Made by a program: the position numbers and the translations under genes
Assembly: GCA_009914755.4 (NCBI GenBank)
Contig: CP086569.2
Span: 61,088,001 to 61,152,000 of the forward strand
Direction of reading: 5' to 3'
From: the human T2T-CHM13v2.0 reference genome, Homo sapiens
Length of the DNA: 64,000 bases
Shown here: in pieces, positions 17,579 through 36,923 of the stretch
How the letters are laid out: the number at the start of each line of letters is the position of its first letter
Numbering within the stretch: the first letter of the stretch is position 1
Notes under the pieces: generated by a model
What the model saw: only the letters and a program-made list of their open reading frames with translations
The model's database searches: none
What the model was told of the DNA's origin: nothing

Positions 17579-19700
17579 ATATTTTTTAAATGAAAAAAAA
17601 TTTCAAAGGTACTCTGCTTGGTACAATAATCAAATGTATAAACTGAGGAATAAAACATAACCATGAAACCTACTTATAACTGCATATGGAAAATACAGAG
17701 GATAATTTTTTAAATAACATATTTTGAAAGCCTTAACTAGTAATTTGAAGAGTTGGCATTTGAAAGGCCAGTATGAATATACCTTCAAAGCAGCAACACA
17801 GGTTCCCCATGAGAAAAAGCAAACTCAGGGAAAATAAAACCATAAAGGTTCAATCTCTTCTGACCTTTGAAAGACACAGCACAGACAGTGGTCCTTAGGA
17901 CGAAGAGCAGGAGACCCCTAATTCCGTCACCATGGCGATAGGGCATAAACATTGCTGGGTGAGGGCACAATCCACATTGTGAGGTCCAACTGCTGCCAGG
18001 AAGACAGGAGTGCTTTTACATAGACCGAAAGGTCATTGAAGGCTCCGAGTTTTGTTTCAAGAACTGAATCCCAAGCCCACACGTTATTAGGCTGCGCTTC
18101 TTAAAACATGTTATGAGATGGGAAAAAGGGCACCCACAAACATACGTATACATTATGTATATAATAATATACAGTATCATATATATAATATATATAACCT
18201 ATGTATAATATTGTTTTACATCCTGCATCTTATATTATATATATTGTATAAAATATAATAATTGATAATATATAAGTTTTATATTTATACAATATGACAT
18301 ATAGTACATATTATAATTTATGACATATATAATGTATGTTATATATCATATATAGAATATATTATACGCTTAATATACGTATTACATATAAATTATACAT
18401 TATATATATTATATATAATATATCTGTTATATATAATACCCATTATGCATAATATATATATTATGTCTATGTTATATATAGTATAAAACAACATATCATA
18501 ATATATACTTGTATATATAAAATGCGACATATAATATATATTATATTTTATGACATATGTAATATATATTATATATTATATATAATACATTGTATGTATA
18601 ATACCTATATTAAATATATATTATATGACTATGTTATTAATTACATGTCACATAAGTTATATATTATATATTTTACATAGAATGTACCGGTTACATACAA
18701 TATATACTATGTTACCTATAATGTATAATTTATTACATGTAAAATAAAGAATGCAATATATTATGTATAATTTATAATATACAATATGTGGAATGTGATA
18801 TATATAACATATAATATATGTTATATGATATACAGTATATGATATATAACATACAATATATGATACCTAACATATATGGTATACAATATATATTTTATGA
18901 TATGTATTCCCTATGTTTTATATTCTGTTATATATAACTATTTGAAATTATATATAACTGTATAATATTTTATGTAAATATGTAATATAATATATATAAC
19001 TATATAATATATTATATATAACTATATATTATGTTATATATACTTTTATAACATAATTTACATAAAATATCATAATATAATATATATTATATTATTTCAT
19101 ATTACGTAATATATATTACATATCACCCAATATAAGTAACATACATAATATTATAATATAGATTATATTATGTTATATTAAATCTCATATATATCATGTA
19201 TCATATATTCTATAATATATATTATACATTATATAATATGTATGTTGTCTATTATATGATATATATAACTATATATATAATTATATTATTATACATATAA
19301 CTAGATAAACATGTAATTCTACATATTTTCATTTATAATATGTAGAATTATATAATCATATATAATTATTTATATTCTATAAAAAGTTATATCATTATAT
19401 AAATTATAATATATAAAAATTATAATATGTACTACAAATATATATGTTATATATCATATATGATATAGTACCTTTTTTATATATCATAATACATATAAAT
19501 GTGTTTTATGTTATCTATAATTATATAATTTCATATATAAGATGTATAATATGTATTATATATTATATATGTTATGTAATATATATAGTATATATAAGAT
19601 GACAGAGGATAAATATTATATACTATGACATATAAAATATATGAGGTTATATGTTACACATAAGGCATAGCACATAACATGTAATATATATCATCTATAA

Positions 19701-19998
<298 letters not shown>

Positions 19999-22116
19999 AT
20001 ATTTTTTAAATGAAAAAAAATTTCAAAGGTACTCTGCTTGGTACAATAATCAAATGTATAAACTGAGGAATAAAACATAACCATGAAACCTACTTATAAC
20101 TGCATATGGAAAATACAGAGGATAATTTTTTAAATAACATATTTTGAAAGCCTTAACTAGTAATTTGAAGAGTTGGCATTTGAAAGGCCAGTATGAATAT
20201 ACCTTCAAAGCAGCAACACAGGTTCCCCATGAGAAAAAGCAAACACAGGGAAAATAAAACCACAAAGGTTCAATCTCTTCTGACCTTTGAAAGACACAGC
20301 ACAGACAGTGGTCCTTAGGACGAAGAGCAGGAGACCCCTAATTCCGTCACCATGGCGATAGGGCATAAACATTGCTGGGTGAGGGCACAATCCACATTGT
20401 GAGGTCCAACTGCTGCCAGGAAGACAGGAGTGCTTTTACATAGACCGAAAGGTCATTGAAGGCTCAGAGTTTTGTTTCAAGAACTGAATCCCAAGCCCAC
20501 ACGTTATTAGGCTGCGCTTCTTAAAACAAGTTATGAGATGGGAAAAAGGGCACCCACAAACATACGTATACATTATGTATATAATAATATACAGTATCAT
20601 ATATATAATATATATAACCTATGTATAATATTGTTTTACATCCTGCATCTTATATTATATATATTGTATAAAATATAATAATTGATAATATATAAGTTTT
20701 ATATTTATACAATATGACATATAGTATATATTATAATTTATGACATATATAATGTATGTTATATATCATATATAGAATATCTTATACGCTTAATATACGT
20801 ATTAAATATAAATTATACATTATGTATATTATATATAATATATCTGCTATATAGAATACCCATTATGCATAATATATATATTATGTCTATGTTATATATA
20901 GTATAAAACAACATATAATAATATATAATTGTATATATGAAATGCGGCATATAATATATATTATATTTTATGACATGTAATATATATTATATATTATATA
21001 TAATACGTTGTATGTATAATACCTATATTAAATATATATTATATGACTATGTTATTAATTACATGACACATATGTTATATATTATATATTTTACATAGAA
21101 TGTACCGGTTACATACAATATATACTATGTTACCTATAATGTATAATTTATTACATGTAAAATAAAGAATGCAATATATTATGTATAATTTATAATATAC
21201 AATATGTGGAATGTGATATATATAACATATAATATATGATATATGATATACAGTATATGATATATAACATACAATATATGATACCTAACATATATGGTAT
21301 ACAATATATATTTTATGATATGTATTCCCTATGTTTCATATTCTGTTATATATAACTATTTGAAATTATATATAACTGTATAATATTTATGTAAATATGT
21401 AATATAATATATACAACTATATAATATATTATATATAACTATATATTATGTTATATATACTTTTATAACATAATTTACATAAAATATCATAATATAGTAT
21501 ATATTATATTATTTCATATTACATAATATATATTACATATCACCCAATATAAGTAACATATATAATATTATAATATAGATTATATTATGTTATATTAAAT
21601 GTCATATATATCATGTACCATATATTCTATAATATATATTATACATTATATAATATGTATGTGGTCTATTATATGATATATATAACTATATATATAAATA
21701 TATTATTATACATATAACTAGATAAACATGAAATTCTACATATTTTCATTTATAATATAGAGAATTATATAATCATATATAATTATTTATATTCTATAAA
21801 AAATTATATCATTATATAAATTATAATATATAAAAATTATAATATGTACTACAAATATATATATTATATATCATATATGATATAGTACCTTTGTTATATA
21901 TCATAATACATATAAATGTGTATTATGTTATCTATAATTATATAATTTCATATATAAGATGTATAATATGTATTATATATTATATATGTTATGTAATATA
22001 TATAGTATATATAAGATGACACAGGATAAATATTATATACTATGACATATAAAATATATGAGGTTATAAGTTACATATAAGGCATAGCACATAACATGTA
22101 ATATATATCATCTATA

Positions 22117-22414
22117 ATTTTTTTTAGACAGAGTCTTGTCCTGTTGCACAGGGTGGAGTACAATGGCGCCATCTTTGCTCACTGAAACATCTGCCTCACG
22201 GGTCCAAGCGATTGTCCTCCCTCAGCCTCCCAGGTAGCTGGGACTACACCACACTGGGACTACACCAGCTGCCACCACGCCTAGCTAATTTTTTGGATTT
22301 TTAGTAGTGACAGCCTTTCACTGTATTGGCCAGGATGGTCTTGATCTCTTCACCTTGTGATCCCCTTGCCTTGGCCTCCAAATTTGCTGGGATTACAGGC
22401 CTGAGCCAAGATCC
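22117..22414 (-). mobile_element. Alu copy, unit 10
   Basis: Same Alu sequence, with variants cactgaaacatctg, ccaccacgcctagc and gacagcctttcac. Confidence 0.9.
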
Positions 22415-24535
22415 ATATTTTTTAAATGAAAAAAAATTTCAAAGGTACTCTGCTTGGTACAATAATCAAATGTATAAACTGAGGAATAAAACATAACCAT
22501 GAAACCTACTTATAACTGCATATGGAAAATACAGAGGATAATTTTTTAAATAACATATTTTGAAAGCCTTAACTAGTAATTTGAAGAGTTGGCATTTGAA
22601 AGGCCAGTATGAATATACCTTCAAAGCAGCAACACAGGTTCCCCATGAGAAAAAGCAAACACAGGGAAAATAAAAACACAAAGGTTCAATCTCTTCTGAC
22701 CTTTGAAAGACACAGCACAGACAGTGGTCCTTAGGACGAAGAGCAGGAGACCCCTAATTCCGTCACCATGGCGATAGGGCATAAACATTGCTGGGTGAGG
22801 GCACAATCCACATTGTGAGGTCCAACTGCTGCCAGGAAGACAGGAGTGCTTTTACATAGACCGAAAGGTCATTGAAGGCTCAGAGTTTTGTTTCAAGAAC
22901 TGAATCCCAAGCCCACACGTTATTAGGCTGCGCTTCTTAAAACAAGTTATGAGATGGGAAAAAGGGCACCCACAAACATACGTATACATTATGTATATAA
23001 TAATATACAGTATCATATATATAATATATATAACCTATGTATAATATTGTTTTACATCCTGCATCTTATATTATATATATTGTATAAAATATAATAATTG
23101 ATAATATATAAGTTTTATAATTATACAATATGACATATAGTATATATTATAATTTATGACACATATTATGTATGTTATATATCATATATAGAATATATTA
23201 TACGGTTAATATACGTATTAAATATGAATTATACATTATATATATTATATATAATATATCTGTTATATATAATACCCATTATGCATAATATATATATTAT
23301 GTCTATGTTATATATAGTATAAAACAACATATAATAATATATAATTGTATATATGAAATGTGACATATAATATATATTATATTTTATGACATATGTAGTA
23401 TATATTATATATTATATATAATACGTTGTATGTATAATACCTATATTAAATATATATTATATGACTATGTTATTAATTACATGTCACATATGTTATATAT
23501 TATATATTTTACATAGAATGTACCGGTTACATACAATATATACTATGTTACCTATAATGTATAATTGATTACATGTAAAATAAAGAATGCAATATATTAT
23601 GTATAATTTATAATATACAATATGTGGAATGTGATATATATAACATATAATATATGTTATATGATATACAGTACATGATATATAACATACAATATATGAT
23701 ACCTAATATATATGGAATACAATATATATTTTATGATATGTATTCTATATGTTTTATATTCTGTTATATATAACTATTTGAAATTATATATAACTGTATA
23801 ATATTTTATGTAAATATGTAATATAATATATACAACTATATAATATATTATATATAACTATATATTATGTTATATATACTTTTATAACATAATTTACATA
23901 AAATATCATAATACAATATATATTGTATTATTTCACATTACGTAATATATATTACATATCACCCAATATAAGTAACATACATAATATAATAATATAGATT
24001 ATATTATGTTATACTAAATCTCATATATATAATGTATCATATATTCTATAATATATATTATACATTATATAATATGTATGTTGTCTGTTATGTGATATAT
24101 ATAACTATATATATAATTATATTATTATACATATAACTAGATAAACATGTAATTCTACATATTTTCATTTATAATATATAGAATTATATAATCATATATA
24201 ATTATTTATATTCTATAAAAAATTATATCATTATATAAATTGTAATATATAAAAATTATAATATGTACTACAAATATATATATTATATATCATATATGAT
24301 ATAGTACCTTTGTTATATATCGTAATACATATAAATGTGTATTATGTTATCTATAATTATATAATGTCATATATAAGATATATAATATGTATTATATATT
24401 ATATATGTTATGTAATATATATAGTATATATAAGCTGACACAGGATAAATATTATATACTATGACATATAAAATATATGAGGTTATAAGTTACATATAAG
24501 GCATAGCACATAACATGTAATATATATCATCTATA

Positions 24536-24833
24536 ATTTTTTTTTAGACAGTGTCTTGTCCTGTTGCACAGGGTGGAGTACAATGGCGCCATCTTTGCTC
24601 ACTGAAACATCTGCCTCACGGGTCCAAGCGATTGTCCTCCCTCAGCCTCCCAGGTAGCTGGGACTACACCACACTGGGACTACACCAGCTGCCACCATGC
24701 CTAGCTAATTTTTTGGATTTTTAGTAGTGACAGCGTTTCACTGTATTTGCCAGGATGGTCTTGATCTCTTCACCTTGTGATCCCCTTGCCTTGGCCTCCA
24801 AATTTGCTGGGATTACAGGCCTGAGCCAAGATC
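24536..24833 (-). mobile_element. Alu copy, unit 11
   Basis: Same Alu sequence at the period offset. Confidence 0.9.
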
Positions 24834-26955
24834 CATATTTTTTAAATGAAAAAAAATTTCAAAGTACTCTGCTTGGTACAATAATCAAATGTATAAACTG
24901 AGGAATAAAACATAACCATGAAACCTACTTATAACTGCATATGGAAAATACAGAGGATAATTTTTTAAATAACATATTTTGAAAGCCTTAACTAGTAATT
25001 TGAAGAGTTGGCATTTGAAAGGCCAGTATGAATATACCTTCAAAGCAGCAACACAGGTTCCCCATGAGAAAAAGCAAACTCAGGGAAAATAAAACCACAA
25101 AGGTTCAATCTCTTCTGACCTTTGAAAGACACAGCACAGACAGTGGTCCTTAGGACGAAGAGCAGGAGACACCTAATTCCGTCACCATGGCGATAGGGCA
25201 TAAACATTGCTGGGTGAGGGCACAATCCACATTGTGAGGTCCAACTGCTGCCAGGAAGACAAGAGTGCTTTTACATAGACCGAAAGGTCATTGAAGGCTC
25301 AGAGTTTTGTTTCAAGAACTGAATCCCAAGCCCACACGTTATTAGGCTGCGCTTCTTAAAACAAGTTATGAGATGGGAAAAAGGGCACCCACAAACATAC
25401 GTATACATTATGTATATAATAGTATACAGTATCATATATATAATATATATAACCTATGTATAATATTGTTTTACATCCTGCATCTTATATTATATATATT
25501 GTATAAAATATAATAATTGATAATATATAAGTTTTATATTTATACAATATGACATATAGTATATATTATAATTTATGACATATATTATGCATGTTATATA
25601 TCATATATAGAATATATTATACGGTTAATATACCTTTTAAATATAAATTATACATTATATATATAATATATAATATATCTGTTATAAATAATACCCATTA
25701 TGCATAATATATATATTATGTCTATGTTATATATAGTATAAAACAACATATAATAATATATAATTGTATATATAAAATGCGACATATAATATATATTATA
25801 TTTTATGACATATGTAATATATATTTTATATTATATATAATACGTTGTATGTATAATACCTATATTAAATATATATTATATGACTATGTTATTAATTACA
25901 TGTCACATGTGTTATATATTATTTATTTTACACAGAATATACCGGTTACATACAATATATACTATGTTACCTACAATGTATAATTTATTACATGTAAAAT
26001 AAAGAATGCAATATATTATGTATAATTTATAATATACAATCTGTGGAATGTGATATATATAACATATAATATATGATATATGATATACAGTATACGATAT
26101 ATAACATACAATATATGATACCTAATATATATGGTATACAATATATATTTTATGATATGTATTCTATATGTTTTATATTCTGTTATATATAACTATTTGA
26201 AATTATATATAACTGTATAATATTTTATGTAAATATGTATTATAATATACATAAGTATATAATATTTTATATATAACTATATATTATGTTATATATACTT
26301 TTATAACATAATTTACATAAAATATCGTAATATAATATATATTATATTATTTCATATTACATAATATATATTACATATCACCCAATATAAGTAACATACG
26401 TAATAGTATAATATAGATTATATTATGTTATATTAAATATCATATATATCATGTATCATATATTTTATAATATATATTATACATTATATAATATGTATGT
26501 TGTCTATAATGTGATATATATAACTATATATATAATTATATTATTATACATATAACTAGATAAACATGTAATTCTACATATTTTCATTTATAATATAGAG
26601 AATTATATAATCATATATAATTATTTATATTCTATAAAAAATTATATCATTATATAAATTATAATATATAAAAATTATAATATGTACTACAAATATATAT
26701 TTTATATATCATATATGATATAGTACCTTTGTTATATATCATAATACATATAAATGTGTATTATGTTATCTTTAATTATATAATTTCATATATAAGATGT
26801 ATAATATGTATTATATATTATATATGTTATGTAATATATATAGTATATATAAGATGACACAGGATAAATATTATATACTATGACATATAAAATATATGAG
26901 GTTATAAGTTACATATAAGGCATAGCACATAACATGTAATATATATCACCTATAA

Positions 26956-27253
26956 TTTTTTTTTAGACAGAGTCTTGTCCTGTTGCACAGGGTGGAGTAC
27001 AATGGCGCCATCTTTGCTCACTGAAACATCTGCCTCACGGGTCCAAGCGATTGTCCTCCCTCAGCCTCCCAGGTAGCTGGGACTACACCACACTGGGACT
27101 ACACCAGCTGCCACCACGCCTAGCTAATTTTTTGGATTTTTAGTAGTGACAGCCTTTCACTGTATTGGCCAGGATGGTCTTGATCTCTTCACCTTGTGAT
27201 CCCCTTGCCTTGGCCTCCAAATTTGCTGGGATTACAGGCCTGAGCCAAGATCC
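26956..27253 (-). mobile_element. Alu copy, unit 12
   Basis: Same Alu sequence at the period offset. Confidence 0.9.
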
Positions 27254-29372
27254 ATATTTTGTAAATGAAAAAAAATTTCAAAGGTACTCTGCTTGGTACA
27301 ATAATCAAATGTATAAACTGAGGAATAAAACATAACCATGAAACCTACTTATAACTGCATATGGAAAATACAGAGGATAATTTTTTAAATAACATATTTT
27401 GAAAGCCTTAACTAGTAATTTGAAGAGTTGGCATTTGAAAGGCCAGTATGAATATACCTTCAAAGCAGCAACACAGGTTCCCCATGAGAAAAAGCAAACA
27501 CAGGGAAAATAAAACCACAAAGGTTCAATCTCTTCTGACCTTTGAAAGACACAGCACAGACAGTGGTCCTTAGGACGAAGAGCAGGAGACCCCTAATTCC
27601 GTCACCATGGCGATAGGGCATAAACATTGCTGGGTGAGGGCACAATCCACATTGTGAGGTCCAACTGCTGCCAGGAAGACAGGAGTGCTTTTACATAGAC
27701 CGAAAGGTCATTGAAGGCTCAGAGTTTTGTTTCAAGAACTGAATCCCAAGCCCACACGTTATTAGGCTGCGCTTCTTAAAACAAGTTATGAGATGGGAAA
27801 AAGGGCACCCACAAACATACGTATACATTATGTATATAATAATATACAGTATCATATATATAATATATATAACCTATGTATAATATTGTTTTACATCCTG
27901 CATCTTATATTATATATATTGTATAAAATATAATAATTGATAATATATAAGTTTTATATTTATACAATATGACATATAGTATATATTATAATTTATGACA
28001 CATATTATGTATGTTATATATCATATATAGAATATATTATACGGTTAATATACGTATTAAATATGAATTATACATTATATATATTATATATAATATATCT
28101 GTTATATATAATACCCATTATGGATAATATATATATTATGTCTATGTTATATATAGTATAAAACAACATATAATAATATATAATTGTATATATGAAATGT
28201 GACATATAATATATATTATATTTTATGACATATGTAGTATATATTATATATTATATATAATACGTTGTATGTATAATACCTATATTAAATATATATTATA
28301 TGACTATGTTATTAATTACATGTCACATATGTTATATATTATATATTTTACATAGAATGTACCGGTTACATACAATATATACTATGTTACCTATAATGTA
28401 TAATTGATTACATGTAAAATAAAGAATGCAATATATTATGTATAATTTATAATATACAATATGTGGAATGTCATATATATAACATATAATATATGATATA
28501 TGATATACAGTATATGATATATAACATACAATATATGATACCTAATATATATGGTATACAATATATATTTTATGATATGTATTCTATATGTTTTATATTC
28601 TGTTATATATAACTATTTGAAATTACATATAACTGTATAATATTTTATGTAAATATGTAATATAATATATATAACTATATAATATATTATATATAACTAT
28701 ATATTATGTTATATATACTTTTATAACATAATTTACATAATATATCATAATATAATGTATATTATATTATTTCATATTACATAATATATATTACATATCA
28801 CCCAATATAAGTAACATACATAATATTATAATATAGATTATTTTATGCTATATTAAATATCATATATATCATGTATCATATATTCTATAATATACATTAT
28901 ACATTATATAATATGTATGTCTAATATGTGATATATATAACTATATATATAATTATATTATTATACATATAACTAGATAAACATGTAATTCTACATATTT
29001 TCATTTATAATATATAGAATTATATAATCATATATAATTTTTTATAGTCTATAAAAAATTATATCATTATATAAATTATAATATATAAAAATTATAATAT
29101 GTACTACAAATATATATATTATATATCATATATGATATAGTACCTTTGTTATATATCATAATACATATAAATGTGTATTATGTTATCTATAATTATATAA
29201 TTTCATATATAAGATGTGTAATATGTATCATATATTATATATGTTATGTAATATATATAGTATATATAAGCTGACACAGGATAAATATTATATACTATGA
29301 CATATAAAATATATGAGGTTATATGTTACATATAAGGCATAGCACATAACATGTAATATATATCATATATAA

Positions 29373-29670
<298 letters not shown>

Positions 29671-31765
29671 ATATTTTTTAAATGAAAAAAAATTTCAAAG
29701 GTACTCTGCTTGGTACAATAATCAAATGTATAAACTGAGGAATAAAACATAACCATGAAACCTACTTATAACTGCATATGGAAAATACAGAGGATAATTT
29801 TTTAAATAACATATTTTGAAAGCCTTAACTAGTAATTTGAAGAGTTGGCATTTGAAAGGCCAGTATGAATATACCTTCAAAGCAGCAACACAGGTTCCCC
29901 ATGAGAAAAAGCAAACTCAGGGAAAATAAAACCACAAAGGTTCAATCTCTTCTGACCTTTGAAAGACACAGCACAGACAGTGGTCCTTAGGACGAAGAGC
30001 AGGAGACCCCTAATTCCGTCACCATGGCGATAGGGCATAAACATTGCTGGGTAAGAGCACAATCCACATTGTGAGGTCCAACTGCTGCCAGAAAGAGAGG
30101 AGTGCTTTTACATAGACCGAAAGGTCATTGAACGCTCAGAGTTTTGTTTCAAGAACTGAATCCCAAGCCCACACGTTATTATGCTGCGCTTCTTAAAACA
30201 AGTTATGAGATGGGAAAAAGGGCACCCACAAACATACGTATACATTATGTATATAATAATATACAGTATCATATATATAATATATATAACCTATGTATAA
30301 TATTGTTTTACATCTTGCATCTTATGTTATATATATTGTATAAAATATAATAATTGATAATATATGTTTTATATTTATACAATATGACATATAGTATATA
30401 TTATAATTTATGACATATATAATATATGTTTTATATCATATATAGAATATATTATACGGTTAATATACGTATTAAATATAAATTATACATTATATATATT
30501 ATATATAATATATCTGTTATATATAATACCCATTATGCATAATATATATATTATGTCTATGTTATATATAGTATAAAACAACATATAATAATATATAGTT
30601 GTATATATAAAATGCGACATATAATATATATTATATTTTATGACATATGTAATATATATTATATATTATATATAATACGTTGTATGTATAATACCTATAT
30701 TAAATATATATTATATGACTATGTTATTAATTACATATCACATATGTTATATATTATATATTTTACATAGAATATACGGGTTACATACAATATATACAAT
30801 GTTACATATAATGTATAATTTATTACATGTAAAATAAAGAATGCAATATATTATGTATAATTTATAATATACAATATGTGGAATGTGATATATATAACAT
30901 ATAATATATGATATATGATATACAGTATATGATATATAACATACAATATATGATACCTAATATATATGGTATAAAATATATATTTTATGATAGGTATTCT
31001 ATATGTTATATATTCTGTTATATATAACTATTTGAAATTATATATAACTGTATAATATTTTATGTAAATATGTAATATAATATATATAACTATATAATAT
31101 ATTATATATAACTATATATTATGTTATATATACTTTTATAACATAATTACATAAAATATCATCATATAATATATATTATATTATTTCATATTACATAATA
31201 TATATTACATATCACCCAATATAAGTAACATACATAATATTATACTATAGATTATATTATGTTATATTAAATATCATATATATCATGTATCATATATTCT
31301 ATAATATATATTATACATTATATAATAAGTATGTTGTCTATTATGTGATATATATAACTATATATATAATTATATTATTATACATATAACTAGATAAACG
31401 TGTAATTCTACATATTTTCATTTATAATATATAGAATTATATAATCATATATAATTATTTATATTCTATAAAAAATTATATCTTTATATAAATTATAATA
31501 TATAAAAATTATAATATGTACTACAAATATATATATTATATATCATATATGATATAGTACTTTGTTTTATATCATAATACATATAAATGTGTATTATGTT
31601 ATCTATAATTATATAATTTCATATATAAGATGTATAATATGTATTATTTATTATATATGTTATGTAATATATATAGTATATATAAGCTGACACAGGATAA
31701 ATATTATATACTATGACATATAAAATATATGAGGTTATATGTTACATATAAGGCATAGCACGTAA

Positions 31766-32086
<321 letters not shown>

Positions 32087-34208
32087 ATATTTTTTAAATG
32101 AAAAAAAATTTCAAAGGTACTCTGCTTGGTACAATAATCAAATGTATAAACTGAGGAATAAAACATAACCATGAAACCTACTTATAACTGCATATGGAAA
32201 ATACAGAGGATAATTTTTTAAATAACATATTTTGAAAGCCTTAACTAGTAATTTGAAGAGTTGGCATTTGAAAGGCCAGTATGAATATACCTTCAAAGCA
32301 GCAACACAGGTTCCCCATGAGAAAAAGCAAACTCAGGGAAAATAAAACCATAAAGGTTCAATCTCTTCTGACCTTTGAAAGACACAGCACAGACAGTGGT
32401 CCTTAGGACGAAGAGCAGGAGACCCCTAATTCCGTCACCATGGCGATAGGGCATAAACATTGCTGGGTGAGGGCACAATCCACATTGTGAGGTCCAACTG
32501 CTGCCAGGAAGACAGGAGTGCTTTTACATAGACCGAAAGGTCATTGAAGGCTCAGAGTTTTGTTTCAAGAACTGAATCCCAAGCCCACACGTTATTAGGC
32601 TGCGCTTCTTAAAACAAGTTATGAGATGGGAAAAAGGGCACCCACAAACATACGTATACATTATGTATATAATAATATACAGTATCATATATATAATATA
32701 TATAACCTATGTATAATATTGTTTTACATCCTGCATCTTATATTATATATATTGTATAAAATATAATAATTGATAATATATAAGTTTTATATTTATACAA
32801 TATGACATATAGTACATATTATAATTTATGACATATATAATGTATGTTATATATCATATATAGAATATATTATACGCTTAATATACGTATTACATATAAA
32901 TTATACATTATATATATTATATATAATATATCTGTTATATATAATACCCATTATGCATAATATATATATTATGTCTATGTTATATATAGTATAAAACAAC
33001 ATATCATAATATATACTTGTATATATAAAATGCGACATATAATATATATTATATTTTATGACATATGTAATATATATTATATATTATATATAATACATTG
33101 TATGTATAATACCTATATTAAATATATATTATATGACTATGTTATTAATTACATGTCACATAAGTTATATATTATATATTTTACATAGAATGTACCGGTT
33201 ACATACAATATATACTATGTTACCTATAATGTATAATTTATTACATGTAAAATAAAGAATGCAATATATTATGTATAATTTATAATATACAATATGTGGA
33301 ATGTGATATATATAACATATAATATATGTTATATGATATACAGTATATGATATATAACATACAATATATGATACCTAACATATATGGTATACAATATATA
33401 TTTTATGATATGTATTCCCTATGTTTTATATTCTGTTATATATAACTATTTGAAATTATATATAACTGTATAATATTTTATGTAAATATGTAATATAATA
33501 TATATAACTATATAATATATTATATATAACTATATATTATGTTATATATACTTTTATAACATAATTTACATAAAATATCATAATATAATATATATTATAT
33601 TATTTCATATTACGTAATATATATTACATATCACCCAATATAAGTAACATACATAATATTATAATATAGATTATATTATGTTATATTAAATCTCATATAT
33701 ATCATGTATCATATATTCTATAATATATATTATACATTATATAATATGTATGTTGTCTATTATATGATATATATAACTATATATATAATTATATTATTAT
33801 ACATATAACTAGATAAACATGTAATTCTACATATTTTCATTTATAATATGTAGAATTATATAATCATATATAATTATTTATATTCTATAAAAAGTTATAT
33901 CATTATATAAATTATAATATATAAAAATTATAATATGTACTACAAATATATATGTTATATATCATATATGATATAGTACCTTTTTTATATATCATAATAC
34001 ATATAAATGTGTTTTATGTTATCTATAATTATATAATTTCATATATAAGATGTATAATATGTATTATATATTATATATGTTATGTAATATATATAGTATA
34101 TATAAGATGACAGAGGATAAATATTATATACTATGACATATAAAATATATGAGGTTATATGTTACACATAAGGCATAGCACATAACATGTAATATATATC
34201 ATCTATAA

Positions 34209-34506
<298 letters not shown>

Positions 34507-36625
34507 ATATTTTTTAAATGAAAAAAAATTTCAAAGGTACTCTGCTTGGTACAATAATCAAATGTATAAACTGAGGAATAAAACATAACCATGAAACCTA
34601 CTTATAACTGCATATGGAAAATACAGAGGATAATTTTTTAAATAACATATTTTGAAAGCCTTAACTAGTAATTTGAAGAGTTGGCATTTGAAAGGCCAGT
34701 ATGAATATACCTTCAAAGCAGCAACACAGGTTCCCCATGAGAAAAAGCAAACACAGGGAAAATAAAACCACAAAGGTTCAATCTCTTCTGACCTTTGAAA
34801 GACACAGCACAGACAGTGGTCCTTAGGACGAAGAGCAGGAGACCCCTAATTCCGTCACCATGGCGATAGGGCATAAACATTGCTGGGTGAGGGCACAATC
34901 CACATTGTGAGGTCCAACTGCTGCCAGGAAGACAGGAGTGCTTTTACATAGACCGAAAGGTCATTGAAGGCTCAGAGTTTTGTTTCAAGAACTGAATCCC
35001 AAGCCCACACGTTATTAGGCTGCGCTTCTTAAAACAAGTTATGAGATGGGAAAAAGGGCACCCACAAACATACGTATACATTATGTATATAATAATATAC
35101 AGTATCATATATATAATATATATAACCTATGTATAATATTGTTTTACATCCTGCATCTTATATTATATATATTGTATAAAATATAATAATTGATAATATA
35201 TAAGTTTTATATTTATACAATATGACATATAGTATATATTATAATTTATGACACATATTATGTATGTTATATATCATATATAGAATATATTATACGGTTA
35301 ATATACGTATTAAATATGAATTATACATTATATATATTATATATAATATATCTGTTATATATAATACCCATTATGGATAATATATATATTATGTCTATGT
35401 TATATATAGTATAAAACAACATATAATAATATATAATTGTATATATGAAATGTGACATATAATATATATTATATTTTATGACATATGTAGTATATATTAT
35501 ATATTATATATAATACGTTGTATGTATAATACCTATATTAAATATATATTATATGACTATGTTATTAATTACATGTCACATATGTTATATATTATATATT
35601 TTACATAGAATGTACCGGTTACATACAATATATACTATGTTACCTATAATGTATAATTGATTACATGTAAAATAAAGAATGCAATATATTATGTATAATT
35701 TATAATATACAATATGTGGAATGTCATATATATAACATATAATATATGATATATGATATACAGTATATGATATATAACATACAATATATGATACCTAATA
35801 TATATGGTATACAATATATATTTTATGATATGTATTCTATATGTTTTATATTCTGTTATATATAACTATTTGAAATTACATATAACTGTATAATATTTTA
35901 TGTAAATATGTAATATAATATATATAACTATATAATATATTATATATAACTATATATTATGTTATATATACTTTTATAACATAATTTACATAATATATCA
36001 TAATATAATGTATATTATATTATTTCATATTACATAATATATATTACATATCACCCAATATAAGTAACATACATAATATTATAATATAGATTATTTTATG
36101 CTATATTAAATATCATATATATCATGTATCATATATTCTATAATATACATTATACATTATATAATATGTATGTCTAATATGTGATATATATAACTATATA
36201 TATAATTATATTATTATACATATAACTAGATAAACATGTAATTCTACATATTTTCATTTATAATATATAGAATTATATAATCATATATAATTTTTTATAG
36301 TCTATAAAAAATTATATCATTATATAAATTATAATATATAAAAATTATAATATGTACTACAAATATATATATTATATATCATATATGATATAGTACCTTT
36401 GTTATATATCATAATACATATAAATGTGTATTATGTTATCTATAATTATATAATTTCATATATAAGATGTGTAATATGTATCATATATTATATATGTTAT
36501 GTAATATATATAGTATATATAAGCTGACACAGGATAAATATTATATACTATGACATATAAAATATATGAGGTTATATGTTACATATAAGGCATAGCACAT
36601 AACATGTAATATATATCATATATAA

Positions 36626-36923
<298 letters not shown>
